Shown piece by piece: positions 14,373 through 26,898 of a stretch of 64,000 bases of DNA. Source of the stretch: the human T2T-CHM13v2.0 reference genome, Homo sapiens; NCBI RefSeq assembly GCF_009914755.1, contig NC_060925.1; one strand, 5' to 3'. Each line of letters starts with the position of its first letter. Position 1 is the stretch's first letter. The position numbers were made by a program, and so were the translations under genes. The notes beneath the pieces are model-generated. The model was not told the origin of the DNA and did no database searches. It saw only the letters and a program-made list of their open reading frames with translations.

Positions 14373-14680
14373 ATACTCATGCCTTTCGACCCAGTGTTTC
14401 CACTTGCGGTAATACTTTGTACACATTAGCAAAGGTGTAGGTACAAGAATATTCACTGAAGTGTTATTTGTAACAGCTAAAAAAATTAAATCTATCCAAA
14501 TGTTCATCAATAGGGGAATGATTAAATCATGCCATAGCCATTATCCTTGGGGAGTGCTAGGTGGCTGATATAAACTATGAGCTGAAATAATGAGTACTAA
14601 CATGATAAAAGGACTAAAATTCGATGAGAAAAAAGCTATGTACAAAACAATGTGTGTACTATAAGACCTTTTTTTGCAAA
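14373..14680 (+). mobile_element. Old L1M ORF2-end/3'UTR fragment
   Basis: CCTTTCGACCCAG..GTACAAGAATATTCACTGAAGTGTTATTTGTAACAGC..CCAAATGTTCATCAATAGGGGAATG. Confidence 0.65.
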
Positions 14681-15758
14681 ATGTTGATGACAATTGAGAT
14701 GGAAGAGGCAGAAAGTAAGATTAGTGTCTACAGATAGAAGAAAAACAATTGATAGCATGTGTGCTATAAATAATACTGCCAATTACTATCATTGTGTTAT
14801 GAGATTACAGAGTATGTGTATTTCCAGTGATAAATTTATTCATTTAACAGGTACTTATTGGAAATGTGCCACATACGAGGTTCTAGGTGCTGAGGATGTA
14901 TATGGAGCTTACATTCTCATTAGAAAAGACAAAATTAGCAAGTATATAGGTGAACATTTGAATTTTGATGCACAAAGCCTATTACTTTTATATTAAAAAC
15001 ATATTTTTTAAGATAACACAAAAAAGAAGACAATTACCAAAGTAAAGTGGTGGCGGGTTCTGTGAAAGTCTACAGCCCTTCTGTTCATGAAAGACTGGCT
15101 GTGAGGTAAGAGGCTGGTGGTAACCAAAATAAACCTGATGGAATAGATTTCATTTTAGATCCATCAGTTCTGACTGTGCCCCAAGACTTGAGACATGACT
15201 TAGGTAAAAAATAGAAAAATAATATAAACTGTGGGAGGGTTTATTTGTAAGTGTGCATGAAATTTGTAGGAGCCAAATCCGAATGACTGGGTGCTACCAC
15301 TGATAGATACTGCCTATGCCTTCCTAACCTGGGAGTCCCCCCAAAACAGAATTACATGTTTAGTAATCAGTTCTATATCTAAGTATAGTTGGACAGGATC
15401 CCTTATAGGAACAGTAAGTATCTCCAGGATAAATTCCTGTAGATTTGCACCTCTTTCCCAGCAAGCTTCCCCTAAGTTGCCTCAGTGGTTAAGGAAAGCT
15501 TGATTTTGCTGATTCTACATGCCATAGAGTTCTCATTTTTCCAGCTTTGCTTTTTTTTCAGAGCCAGACCTAGATATCAAGCAATTATTTCTTGTTAAGA
15601 CAGTATAACTAGGAAATAAAAGGCCTGCTAAAATAAAAAATAGATCCCCAAATGTATGTGTCTGTATGATTATGTGTGGATTAAAAAAAGAGTTGATTTG
15701 CCATGTACCATCCTCCTATCCACCTTGGATATTTGAAGTTTCATTTCTGTTTTTGAGT

Positions 15759-15799
15759 ACACACACACACACACACACACACACGTACACACACACACA
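15759..15799. repeat. (CA)n microsatellite
   Basis: Directly visible, with one GT interruption. Confidence 0.95.
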
Positions 15800-17135
15800 T
15801 TTATATCTATAGCCTTACTTCCAAGTATGTGTACATATCATATTATAATATCTATCCCCTCCAATAATTCAGATGAGTGTAAACATTTAGAAACTATCAG
15901 TTATATTTCCTTTGTTGATTTTTTAAAAGAAAAATCAAGAGGGCAAAAATTAAACACATTAAACAGAGCTGTAGTTGTTTGCTTGTGAAGCAAACGAGAG
16001 CCTGGGTCACTTAAGAAATGAGTTCAGTGGGTTTCCCAAGCTGAAAGCAGAAGTGCTAGAAGAAAATGGAGGAGTTGTTCCATATTAGGAGATTATTTTA
16101 AGCGACAGTCTAGATTATTAAATTCTGGTTAGTTAAGAGGATTATAAAGATTCCCATACAATTGGTCATATTTTCTGTTTTAGGACACAAACATACGGAT
16201 GCAGTTTTGAAAGAGGTCAAAGAAAATGTCTGATGGACTCAGGGTGATCGATGGCACTTTTTTTTCTTTAATTCTCAAAAGATAACTACATAATAATAAA
16301 TGCATAACATCTTGCAGTTTGTAAAGTTCATTAGCTCAGCCATCCTGTTAGGTGTGTACTGTGAAGATGTCTGTTCTACAGCTGAGGAGGTGGCAGCCCA
16401 CAGGTTGAGTAACTTCACGGATTCCACAAACACTTTTTGAGAAACTGTGCCTTGGGTTTAACTGTTTCCCAAGTGGGCTTCAAGGTGGACTTAACAGTTA
16501 TTATTTATTTGCATTCCCTGAAAGCAGAAACAAAATATTTTGTTGCTTAGTTAGGAAAAAGAGAATTCCTAAATGACCAGTATGAGGTTGGATACAACGC
16601 TCTTGCACACACCTTTTCTGATCTCTGAAAACTAGGTTCACATCTGAGCAAACAGCATTGCTGTTTTCAGAACTAAACAAGGTCACCTGGGTTCATATTG
16701 CAGACTCTTTTATTCTGCCTTGCTTCTTCTACTATATCTTACTGCCCTTTGTACATTCCAATACTTCTTGAAATTAGATACAAGTGAAAAAAATACTAAA
16801 AATGTTTTTAAAAAGCTAGAGATTGCCTTTTTACAGCATCAAAAATTTCAATGACAGGATTCATGTATAAAAACAAGCACATGTAGAGCCCCTGAAATAT
16901 TGTTTGATTCATAGAGTTTAAGTTCATAGATTAATTTTAGAGCTATATCTATATAAGATAGAATCCTGCTGTGTATACCCTGCCTAATTTCATCAATTCT
17001 CAGACCACCAGTGCTGTAAAAGACTACTCCACTCTTCTTTTTAAAATCCCAAAATAAAATGAACTGAAGATAAAGCATAGAAAATGTTGATCGGCATGTC
17101 AATATCTTTATCTTTTCTCTGCTTGTATGTTCCAG

Positions 17136-17453
17136 GTGGGAGAGTTCAGAGCACACGCTGCTGAGTGGACAGCCAACGTCACAGCCGAATTCAAAGAAAC
17201 CAGGAGGCGACTGAGTGTGGAGATTTATGACAAGTTCCAGCGGGCCACCTCCATCAAGCGGAAGCTCTCGGCAGAACTGGCTGGAAACCACAATCAGGAG
17301 CTGACTCCTTGTAGGAGGACCCTGTCAGTGAACCACCTGACCAGCGAGAGGGATGTCTTGCCTCCCTTACTGAAGACTGAGAGTATCTATCTGAATGGTT
17401 TGACGCCACACTGTGCTGGTGAAGAGATTGCTGTGATTGAGAACATCAAATAG
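17136..17453 (+). CDS. KCNK2: KCNK2/TREK-1 final coding exon (cytoplasmic C-terminus, 105 aa; V307-K411 in 411-aa numbering)
   Basis: Translation [48 protein letters not shown]...[10 protein letters not shown] is the human TREK-1 C-tail. Phase-0 acceptor CAG|GTG; stop TAG 17451-17453. PKA site RRLS (S333 codon 17214-17216) and RKLS (S351 codon 17268-17270). Confidence 0.98.
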   Translation: MGEFRAHAAEWTANVTAEFKETRRRLSVEIYDKFQRATSIKRKLSAELAGNHNQELTPCRRTLSVNHLTSERDVLPPLLKTESIYLNGLTPHCAGEEIAVIENIK

Positions 17454-18353
17454 CCCTCTCTTTAAATAACCTTAGGCATAGCCATAGGTGAGGACTTCTC
17501 TATGCTCTTTATGACTGTTGCTGGTAGCATTTTTTAAATTGTGCATGAGCTCAAAGGGGGAACAAAATAGATACACCCATCATGGTCATCTATCATCAAG
17601 AGAATTTGGAATTCTGAGCCAGCACTTTCTTTCTGATGATGCTTGTTGAACGGTCCACTTTCTTTGATGAGTGGAATGACAAGCAATGTCTGATGCCTTT
17701 TTGTGCCCAGACTGTTTTCCTCTCTCTTTCCCTAATGTGCCATAAGGCCTCAGAATGAATGAGAATTGTTTCTGGTAACAATGTAGCTTTGAGGGATCAG
17801 TTCTTAACTTTTCAGGGTCTACCTAACTGAGCCTAGATATGGACCATTTATGGATGACAACAATTTTTTTTTTGTAAATGACAAGAAATTCTTATGCAGC
17901 CTTTTACCTAAGAAATTTTCTGTCAGTGCCTTATCTTATGAAGAAACAGAACCTCTCTAGCTAATGTGTGGTTTCTCCTTCCCTGCCCCCACCCCTAGGC
18001 TCACCTCTGCAGTCTTTTACCCCAGTTCTCCCATTTGAATACCATACCTTGCTGGAAACAGTGTGTAAAATGACTGAAGTGATGATGCCCGAAGATGAAA
18101 TAGATGCCAAATTAGATGGACATTGAAGCAACACTCAGCGTTGCCTAGCGTTAAAGGCACTGCAGAGAAATGAGGTGCAGAGGTGGCCCCTCTGAGTATT
18201 TATTTGACTCAGGTACCAGTGGTACATATATACAGTGTAATTATGACCAGGCTGGTAAAATTGGCTGCTCGCAAACAATCCCCTTTTTTCCTGGCAGTAT
18301 TTGGAATTTATCATTTATTAATAACTATACATTTTTAAAGGCAGAAGAAGAAA

Positions 18354-18364
18354 ATCTATCTATC

Positions 18365-18425
<61 letters not shown>
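18354..18425 (+). repeat. (TCTA/ATCT)n tetranucleotide microsatellite in the KCNK2 3'UTR
   Basis: About 17 units with one interruption (TATCATCTAT). Confidence 0.97.
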
Positions 18426-19394
18426 AATGACCTGACAGAAGAAAACTGTTAAAAATGGATATTATTGGAGGGGATTTAAAACAGTGGGTGTGAATTATCA
18501 TTCTGATGGAAAGAAAATAGCAAAACAATGTGTTACAAGTATTTGCTAATAAACAGTATACTGCCAGCTTCTAATTGCTTTTTGATGTATGAAAGGCTTA
18601 TATAATTTTCTTTTCGTTGGGTGACTTTTGCCAGATGAGAGGAGGTGGCACAGTGGTGAGTGCAGGGCACAGTCCTAGCCTTCTGTGGGTATACTTTTGG
18701 AGTTGTGACTTGGCTGTGAGGGCAGAAGTTGAAGTTGGGATCACTGTGACTTTGCACATGGAAAAATGCAGATTGCAGGCATAATTCATCTCTGACATTA
18801 GAGAAAAAGCTGTTATAGCACAATTTAAATTTTGAGAGTTTGCTGTGTTTTTTTTTCACATAAAAGAGGCTGATTATTCTTTTTAGTTTAATTTTATATC
18901 CTGTAATTCTTTGGATGGTTCCAAGATTCAGAAAAAATTCAGTAAATGCACCCCGTAAATTGCTACCCTTTCCTTTATTTTCATACTTAGATCTGCTGTA
19001 CATTGTATATATATATAATTTTTAAAATGCAGAAAGAAAATAATTTCCCTAAATATAATTGCAAACTGATTTCTTTTACTTTTTTGTGTCTGGGGGTGGG
19101 AGCTGTATCTGAATAAGTGGCATTCAGATTAGGGTCTTGAAAAATAAACCCAGAATCTTTAAAAGAAGCAAATAAACTAATAGACGCTTATTTTCCAAAA
19201 TTTAAATTTAAGCTAGAAATGTAAATATTCAATTAATTTGTTAAAAGTACTTTTATAAAGTTAAAAAAAATCCAACCAAAATTTTAGAAAGTCAGGCTCT
19301 TTTAGAAAGAAAGCTACACCCATTTCCTCAAATAACTGTTCCGAAAATTTATATGGTGGAATGCGCCATGTATAAACTGTGAATTGTATTGACA

Positions 19395-19413
19395 AATAAA
19401 GTTTGTAATTAAA
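19395..19413 (+). terminator. KCNK2: Distal polyadenylation signals AATAAA (19395-19400) and ATTAAA (19408-19413)
   Basis: Canonical hexamers preceded by TGTA elements. Further AATAAA at 19143-19148 and 19171-19176 could give alternative ends. Confidence 0.75.
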
Positions 19414-20889
19414 GTCAGCATTTTCTGAGTCTCCTGCTTGCTGCTGAGAATTCAGATATGATCTAGGTAGGTAGAACTCCAGGATGTTACTTTTCATGCT
19501 GAGTTTGTGTCCCTCCTTTATTCAAAATATTTAAGAAATATTTTTGATGCATTGATACTACCCTTGCTAAATACATGCAGACTGTTTTCCTCAGTGGCTA
19601 CTCACTAAAACCAAATATACTGAAATTCATTTTTGAAATAAGATATTTGAAATCGCATATAGTTTCAAGATTGTTTCTATTATATTACCATATATTTATG
19701 CCATATTTTATCATTGTTAGACCTTGTCTTGACACTGAAGTAGACTGAATGCTGAACACAGGTGCCTGAATGTGTTTTTTGTAAGAAAAAGACAAGTAAG
19801 CATCCTGGTGGTATTGAAGTCTAAAGAAGGTAGTTACCAACCGATCTTCTAGACCTTATACCACAAATGTTTGGACTACTTACCTTGTTCGTATCCTACA
19901 TAGATTTATTGATTAATTCCTAAACAATTTGATGCTCAGTAAGTATTCTGAAACTAGCCCCCCACATTACCCTTAGGATTAGGGGAATTTTAAGAAAGTG
20001 TGTATTATGTGAACTGAAATCACTTTTATTTTCTCAAGCTTTATTTTGTTTATTTCTTGTAGGGAGAAACTTGATAAAGATTTTGACAAAACGTGGAATT
20101 TTCTAGTGAGTTTATTTTTCCATTAGGCCAATATAAGAGTGAGTAGTTTTTCCTGGAAAGATATTTGAAAAAAAACTACTAGAACAGAAAGTATCAGGGA
20201 CTCCCTAATCTATATCCCTAGATGTAGATTTTAGAATATGCTCTCTATCCAACCTTACAGCCACTAAATGTGAAAGTGGTTCTTTTGGAGTTCTTTCAAT
20301 TTCTTACATAGATCTATATACTGTGCTACATAGTCCATGTGACACACCTTGTTTTCCAATAGTATTTCACTCTTGTAATGCAGAAGAAAGTAAAACTTCT
20401 GAGGCCAAGAGGAAATTGAATAATGTGCATCTTGGCCTTCAAAAAAAGAAAGAACCGTGTGTAAGGCTTTGTTTATTTCTCAAATTTTAAGGAACACATG
20501 ACATAAAAGACCAAATCCCATCTAATTCTGTGTCAAAAATCAGTAGAATTATTTGACTCTTAAAGCTTAAAGTTCAAAGAGACTTAAAATTTTAAATGGA
20601 ATACCAAAAAACAAATTTAGACATTCTGAAGATTTGAAATAGCTGTTTATTCCTAAGAATTAGAGGTCTAGATCAACTTATCTTTCTTTTTTTGTTGTTT
20701 TTAATTCTTGCTGGTCTAGTAAAGCTGTAACTTATTTGGGATTTGCATTTCTTATTAAAATGTAAGTATGACTTTGTTTTTATATAAACTAAAAGGTTTT
20801 TTTATTTGAACGTTCATAACTCCATTACAATTAATGTGTGATATTTGCTTTAGCATGATTTTACTTAAATTTCCTCCCATAGTGAAACT

Positions 20890-21233
20890 GGCCAGGTGCG
20901 GTGGCTCACACCTGTAATCCCAGCACTTTGGGAGGCCAAGGCGGGTGGATTACTTGAGGTCAGGAGTTCGAGATGCAGCTGGCCAACATGGTGAAACTCC
21001 ATTTCTACTAAAAACACAAAAAAATTAGCCAGGCGTGGTGGCGCATGCTTGTAGTCCCAGCTACTTAGGAGGCTGAGGCAGGAGAATTGCTTGAACCCTG
21101 GAGGTGGAGGTTGCACCACTGCACTCCAGCCTGGGCGACAGAGCAAGACTCTGTCTCAAAAAAATAAAACTAAATAAATAAAATAAAATAAAATAAAATA
21201 AAATAAAATAAAATAAAATAAAATAAAATAAAA
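20890..21233 (+). mobile_element. AluSx-like element with a (TAAAA)n tail and a short right-arm deletion
   Basis: GGCCAGGTGCGGTGGCTCAC start. GGTTGCACCACTGCAC lacks the GTGAGCCGAGATC segment. Long flanking duplication. Confidence 0.95.
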
Positions 21234-21779
21234 TTTCCTCTCATAGTGAAACTGGCCTTGCATATGCTCATGTGTCAGTTCCAAGATAGAACAGGATAAC
21301 TTGGTTATTTCTGACAGAAACATTTGAGGGTAACGTATTGTAGTTATCTTAATATAGGGGGAGCTTCATAAGCTACACTTGCTTTCTTCCTCCCCCAACC
21401 ACCTCAACGACCCTCTCAAAGATTTTCCCCTCTTGTTTCATACATGATACTTCCCCAGCCATAACTCAACTACCCCTTCCTGAAAGACAGGGATTGGTTT
21501 CATGGAACAGGAGTTTTGGTCTTGCTCTTTTGTTTTGATTTGATTCTGTTCACTAAACCCCGGCTTTTACAATTTCTAATATTTATAAAGCCGTTTATTG
21601 TTTTCCTAGTATTAGCTTTACAAAATGTTTTCATTGTGTTAGGCTTGTCTCAATTTACAACTATTTTTTCTTTTTATCTGGCATTCCTTGTTAAAGTATT
21701 TTTGTATAGTCACCAAAAACTCACTGCCTAGTCTTTATTCTGTTTATTTTGAACCTTTAGACTTGGACTTCTTGCTCTG

Positions 21780-22590
21780 GATTCATCAAGCTAACTCACA
21801 TGGGTATCTTCAATTCTAAAACGGACCTCAACAGAACCAAGACTCTTTTATAATCTTTCCCCAGACCTGGCCTTCTTCTGGTATCATCTATTTGAGCGGA
21901 TGGCATGACCATCCCTCTGACTGGGCAAGTCATCCTTGATATCTTCTTCTCTTCCTCAACTCTATCTCCACTTATCACCAAGCTGTTGACTTGTAAACTA
22001 AATATGTTTTGAATTTGTACACAGCCATTGCCTTAATCCAAGTCAACACCATCTTTTCCCTTCACTCAACTGCTTTTATATCATTCTTTTCTTGTCATTG
22101 ATGGTGAAGAGTTGTTTTTAAATTTGCAAATTGTCTACAAGGCCTTCTTCTAATTAGTCTACTTTATGCCACCCTCTCCAGACTCATCTTGTATCCCTCT
22201 CTACCTCTGTGAACCCCAGCTCCACTAGATTTCTCACTTCTGTCACAAGGTTGTGTTGATGTTGTACCTTTACCTAGAATGCTCACTCTCTTTTTCCTCC
22301 TTAACCTTTTTCACCTAAAAAAACTTCTACTCATCCTTCAGAACCCAGCTACACTATCATTTTCTCTGATAAGCCTTCCTTAACACCAATTCAGGTAACT
22401 GTAATATGCTCTATAAAACCTCTTTCTTTCCTTCAGTTTATGATTAGATATTCATAACTATTCTTATTTATTATATGTCTCTATCACTAGAATGTAATTC
22501 ATTTGTTTTAGCTTACTATTTTATTCCCAGATACTAGCAGAGTACATAAAATCGGTGCTCGATAAATACATGATAAATGAATGAATAAAA
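21780..22590 (+). mobile_element. L2 3' fragment
   Basis: CT-rich body ending GATAAATACATGATAAATGAATGAATAA, the L2 tail. Confidence 0.7.
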
Positions 22591-24034
22591 ACAGGGATTT
22601 GGCTGTTGTAAACATCTGAAGTTTCCTTGTGCATAAATAACTCATATTTTCTTAGCTCCACATTTATCTGTCTTCTTCCACTGATTACTAGTAAATGAAA
22701 TACAAACAGCAGTTATTTCTCCTATTAACTACTATTAACTGATAAGCTGGTACTAGTTATTGTGTGGTGTGTGTGTGTGTGCATGTGTGTGTGTGTATGA
22801 ATTAAAGCCAATTCTCACACTAGACAGACTTGCAGTTTATTAGTCATTATATACTCTTGCTACTTATAAGCAAGAAATTTATTGTTTGTATTTCTAAACT
22901 TAAACTCACAATAGATACTATCAAAGCTTTTCAATTATAGTTTAATCTTGAAGATTTGTTTAGAAATTAACTTCAAAACATATTTGCTAATGCTAGTAAG
23001 TGGATGCCTTTTTATTAGTAGAAAGCTAAATGCACAATTATTATCCTTGCCAAATAAAATCCAGCTTTTTCATGCTTAAACAAATTGATAAAGTATTGGA
23101 AGCAATCCATTATTTGGCACATTTGAACAGTATTCAATAGAGAATATTAATCACTTACATGGCGTGATTGTAAAATTAATTCATAGAATAATTATTGTAT
23201 TTCATTCAATTGATTCTTGATTTTGTATATGGTATCCCTTTTTGCACTATACAATTAATAGAGAATAATATGTAGATTTTTTATCATTCTGTCTAATTTG
23301 TTTAAAAACATTTTAGACTTTTAAGTAATTTTCACATTAGACTGTATGTTTTGAGATTGTTATTGAAAAATTTAAAACAAGTATTAGTAAGTGACATTAT
23401 CTGGTCCGATTCAAATTTTGTCATTGACCAAGTACTTCAGGATTGGGAAGACACAACACCAAGATACTGTCAAGACATCCAAATAACTCATTTTGATTCT
23501 CAGTCAGTTGGGAACAGCAATTCAGAATTTACGCGTGCATTGAAAAACTTTCTCTAATATTGCCAGAGTCTAGATATGTAGACAAGTAAATTAGCCAAAT
23601 GTATGAATCTCTTCACTGACTAAATTGTATATGCAAACAAAATATTATCTTGCTTATGGTTTATCAAGTCAACATTTATCAAGACTCTTTGGAGTGCCAA
23701 TCATTAGATACTAAGTCAAATCAATGTTTGCTCTCTAGGAAATGGCAAGCCATGGGTAAGACAACAATGAAAACAAACAACCAAAATACAAGGTGATAAA
23801 TATTACAATGAGGTGTGCAAAGAAGTACTAGTAGTAGTACAAGTACTCTGAGGAAGGAAAAGCTATCAACTTGAGTTGAAGAAAGGCTTTATTGAGCGAC
23901 TCATGTCTGAGTTAGATCTCAAAAGAGCTATAGAATTTCATTGGATTTCAGGTATAAGGACAAACAAAAGTTTAGCATGATTAGGCACTAGCAGATTGTT
24001 TTGTGTGGGCTGAGCAGGGTGTGTGTGTGATGAT

Positions 24035-24305
24035 ATTGCAAAATGCTTAAGAACACAAAGTGTGGAACCAGTTGGCCTGAGTTCATTCCTCTGTCCTGCC
24101 ACACCCTAAGTAAGGTTTTTGTTTGTCAACATCTATATACCTTATTTTCCTAATATGTAAAATGACGATGGGTTCCAAATCTTAGGATTATTCAGAGGTT
24201 TAAACGAACAAATACATGTGAAGTGTTTAGTGTAATTCCTGGAACATTTTAAGGGCTCAATAAATATTTGCTAATGATGATACTACTACTACAACTAATA
24301 ATAAT
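24035..24305 (+). mobile_element. MIR
   Basis: CTTATTTTCCTAATATGTAAAATG...GCTCAATAAATATTTGCT. Confidence 0.75.
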
Positions 24306-25744
24306 AAATCCCATATACATTAGAGAAAATGAGGCTAGAAGAATTGATGAGAACTGGGTGGTGAAGGTGTTCAGCTGTCAGAGGTTGAGGTGGTCGAGTA
24401 GGACAAAGAAGTAAACTTAAAGTAACAATCAAGCCTTTATTCACTTACTGGAAGAACACATGAGAAAGGCTCCCCAGTGTTCCCTATTTCCCCATGGAAT
24501 GGCACTGGGTGAGAATCAGACAACTAGTAGCACAGATAGGGGAATCATCTCAGCACTGAGGAGTTCCCAGTCAAAGCCTCCTGCCTCCCACAGACTCTGG
24601 AGGCTGGGGGCAGAAAGTGGAAGAAAAGAAGGCATAGGAGTTGAAATACTAAGTCAGAGTTGAGAAAAGTGCCTCAACCCAGGCTCCCAATAAGGAACTT
24701 TCCAAATGGAAGCTCCTGAGTTCCTGATTGCAACTCCCTCCAGAAAGTTCCAATGCTTTGGCTGTGCATCACATCTAATATGGAGAGGCACCCTTCCCCA
24801 TGAGTCCTGCCAGGCAAATCCTTGAAATTGCCTATGGTTGGGCCTGAAAGATCGCACATAGGATTTTGGCCTGCAGCCAGGCTCCTCAGAAGGAACTGTA
24901 ATTCTTTCCTGAGAAGTTTAGATTTGGCAGTGAAAAGTCACTTCAAACTTTAAAATAGGGAGTGATGTGAATAGATTTGTGCTGTAGAACAGTCACCTTG
25001 GCAATGATGTGGAAATCAATGCTGAGGGGATGCAATGTCTGGCAGGAAGTCAGAGGACTCTTGGAGCAGTCTGTGAGCGGGATTTGAGTCTGAACCATGC
25101 GAGGGGCACTGGGTGGATACTGGTGCCTTCAACTCAGATTAGGATCGTGAAGCTACCAGAAAGGAAGAGAAAGTTTGAAAGTGAAACAGATGTTTTGAAG
25201 TTATGGTGCCAGTGGGATCACCAAAGTGAAAACCCTCCATGGGCAGTTAGAATACTCAAATGAGCTCAGGTCAGGGGTCCTAGGTAAAGAAACAAATGTA
25301 GGCATTGCTGATATTACAAGAACTTCATATTAATAATGAGAAGTTGAAGTCGCTATAGTTAATACTGCTAAAAATAAAAGGCTCTTCTCTTCTAAATATT
25401 AACCCAGCCTTGAATGACCTATGTAAGTTAGGGGTATTCATTGCAAATAAAAAAAAAACCTCATATGAATTAAATAGGATGATCTTAGAACATTTTCCTC
25501 CTAAACATTAATCAAGAATTACTGGCTGGCACTATGGTAATTACTGTGTACATTTTCTTTATGGTAAACAATTTTCATCAGCAAGGCATGTATATGTGTG
25601 TATATTTTTTATCTCTGCCAAACTATTTCTTTTGGTTTTATTAATCTTAACATATGTTCCCATGACATCTCTTCTTGAAAAAGAGAAACACAACTAACTC
25701 ATGCATGAAACTGGAAAAACATCAATGAAATCATGCCTGAAAAC

Positions 25745-26130
25745 TGTAGTGGACTCTGTTGCTGCCTGAGCCAGATTGCCTTTACTGAGTTGGAAGCCCT
25801 ATCATCAGCTGCTCTTAGTGTTAGATGCTAACAGTTTACAGCTGCTGCATTTTCTGAAGCACACTCCTCTGCAGACTTGAAGCCGCTTCAGTCCCACCCC
25901 AACACGGGTGACCCACAGCCAATAACTGCCATAAGGATGACAAAAAGCAGACTTACACTCCAGAGCTCCCCATGAGGCCAGGCTGAGGCTAGACTCTAGC
26001 TGAGATAACATCTTTGCTTAGAGCCTCTCTCTGTCCTCTCCTGTTGCCTTCATACTCTTTCTTCAGAGTGCACACACCCAAATATCACATGCACCTGAAT
26101 CCCTATCTCATGCTCTGTTTTGAAGATGAC
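25745..26130 (+). mobile_element. LTR16-type ERVL solo LTR
   Basis: Start TGTAGTGGA. Internal CCAGAGCTCCCCATGAGGCCAGGCTGAGGCTAGACT. End CACATGCACCTGAATCCCTATCTCATGCTCTGTTT. Confidence 0.7.
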
Positions 26131-26685
26131 TGTAGAAGTCATATATTGGAAGAGAAGGTCAGGTTCAGGGTGGGAGACATAAACATTTTTTTAAAATACA
26201 GAAGTGATGACTCGGCCATTTATGTGGCTTTTAGTCTCTGGGCAACCATAGTGAAAAGTGAAACATTTATCATGACTTTGTTCTCATTAGCAATGAGAAA
26301 GTGCATCCAGGTCTCATGAAAACAGAGCCTTTTCATAACTGAATTCTAATAATACAATTTTACATACGGCTTCATATAGGTAACAGAGAGCAATGAAGGA
26401 TTCCATTTGGAATACTTTTCAGGTAGGATCCTGAAAAGGTTGCGAAAGACGCAAAGAAATATTGGATGCATCAAAATTATATAGCTGTGGTTTAGGCTGG
26501 AGGGATTTGAAGTTTTTCACTTAGCTCATGCACTTCAACAGAAGCAAAGTGAAACAAGCAGGTTAAGCCAATCACGAAATGGTTAAATTAGTGAAGTTCA
26601 ATTATATATAAACTATGACTAGGGGAGAGTGATTAACAGCTAAATGCAGTACACGACTTGGAAAAATATCACTTGGCTTCCAAAT

Positions 26686-26898
26686 CAGAGTTTCTTAATC
26701 TCTATTCTATTGATATTTTGGAGTGGATAATTATTTGGTAGTAATAGTGGCTATTACTATGGGAATGTTTGGTAGTAATAGTGGCTTCTACCCACTAGAT
26801 GCTAGTAGTACCCTCCAAGACGTGGTAGCCAAAAATGTCTCCAGACATTGCCAAATGTTCCCCCTGTTGGGGGAATCACACCTAGCTTAGCACCACTG
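26686..26898 (-). mobile_element. MER20 (hAT-Charlie)
   Basis: TACCCACTAGATGCTAGTAG..CAAAAATGTCTCCAGACATTGCCAAATGT..CACCACTG. Confidence 0.88.

Larger units (their letters stand above)
17454..19420 (+). other. KCNK2: KCNK2 3'UTR
   Basis: Follows the stop codon, has no recognisable interspersed repeats, is AU-rich and ends in clustered poly(A) signals. The exact cleavage site is inferred. Confidence 0.85.

Noticed and set aside
17127-17135. ATG start of the 108-aa ORF (MFQ...)
   Set aside because: ATGTTCCAG is the intron's splice acceptor. The real coding sequence begins at 17136 by splicing.
16848-17291. 147-aa antisense ORF overlapping the KCNK2 exon
   Set aside because: Shadow ORF of the coding strand with no recognisable domain.
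18533-19003. 156-aa antisense ORF in the 3'UTR
   Set aside because: No domain similarity; AT-rich chance ORF.
24380-24900. Possible old LTR
   Set aside because: Has a minus-strand AATAAA and LTR-like composition, but I could not assign a family or termini.
26566-26612. CCAAT box plus TATA box as a promoter
   Set aside because: Spacing is plausible, but both motifs are frequent in AT-rich DNA and no downstream transcript structure is evident.
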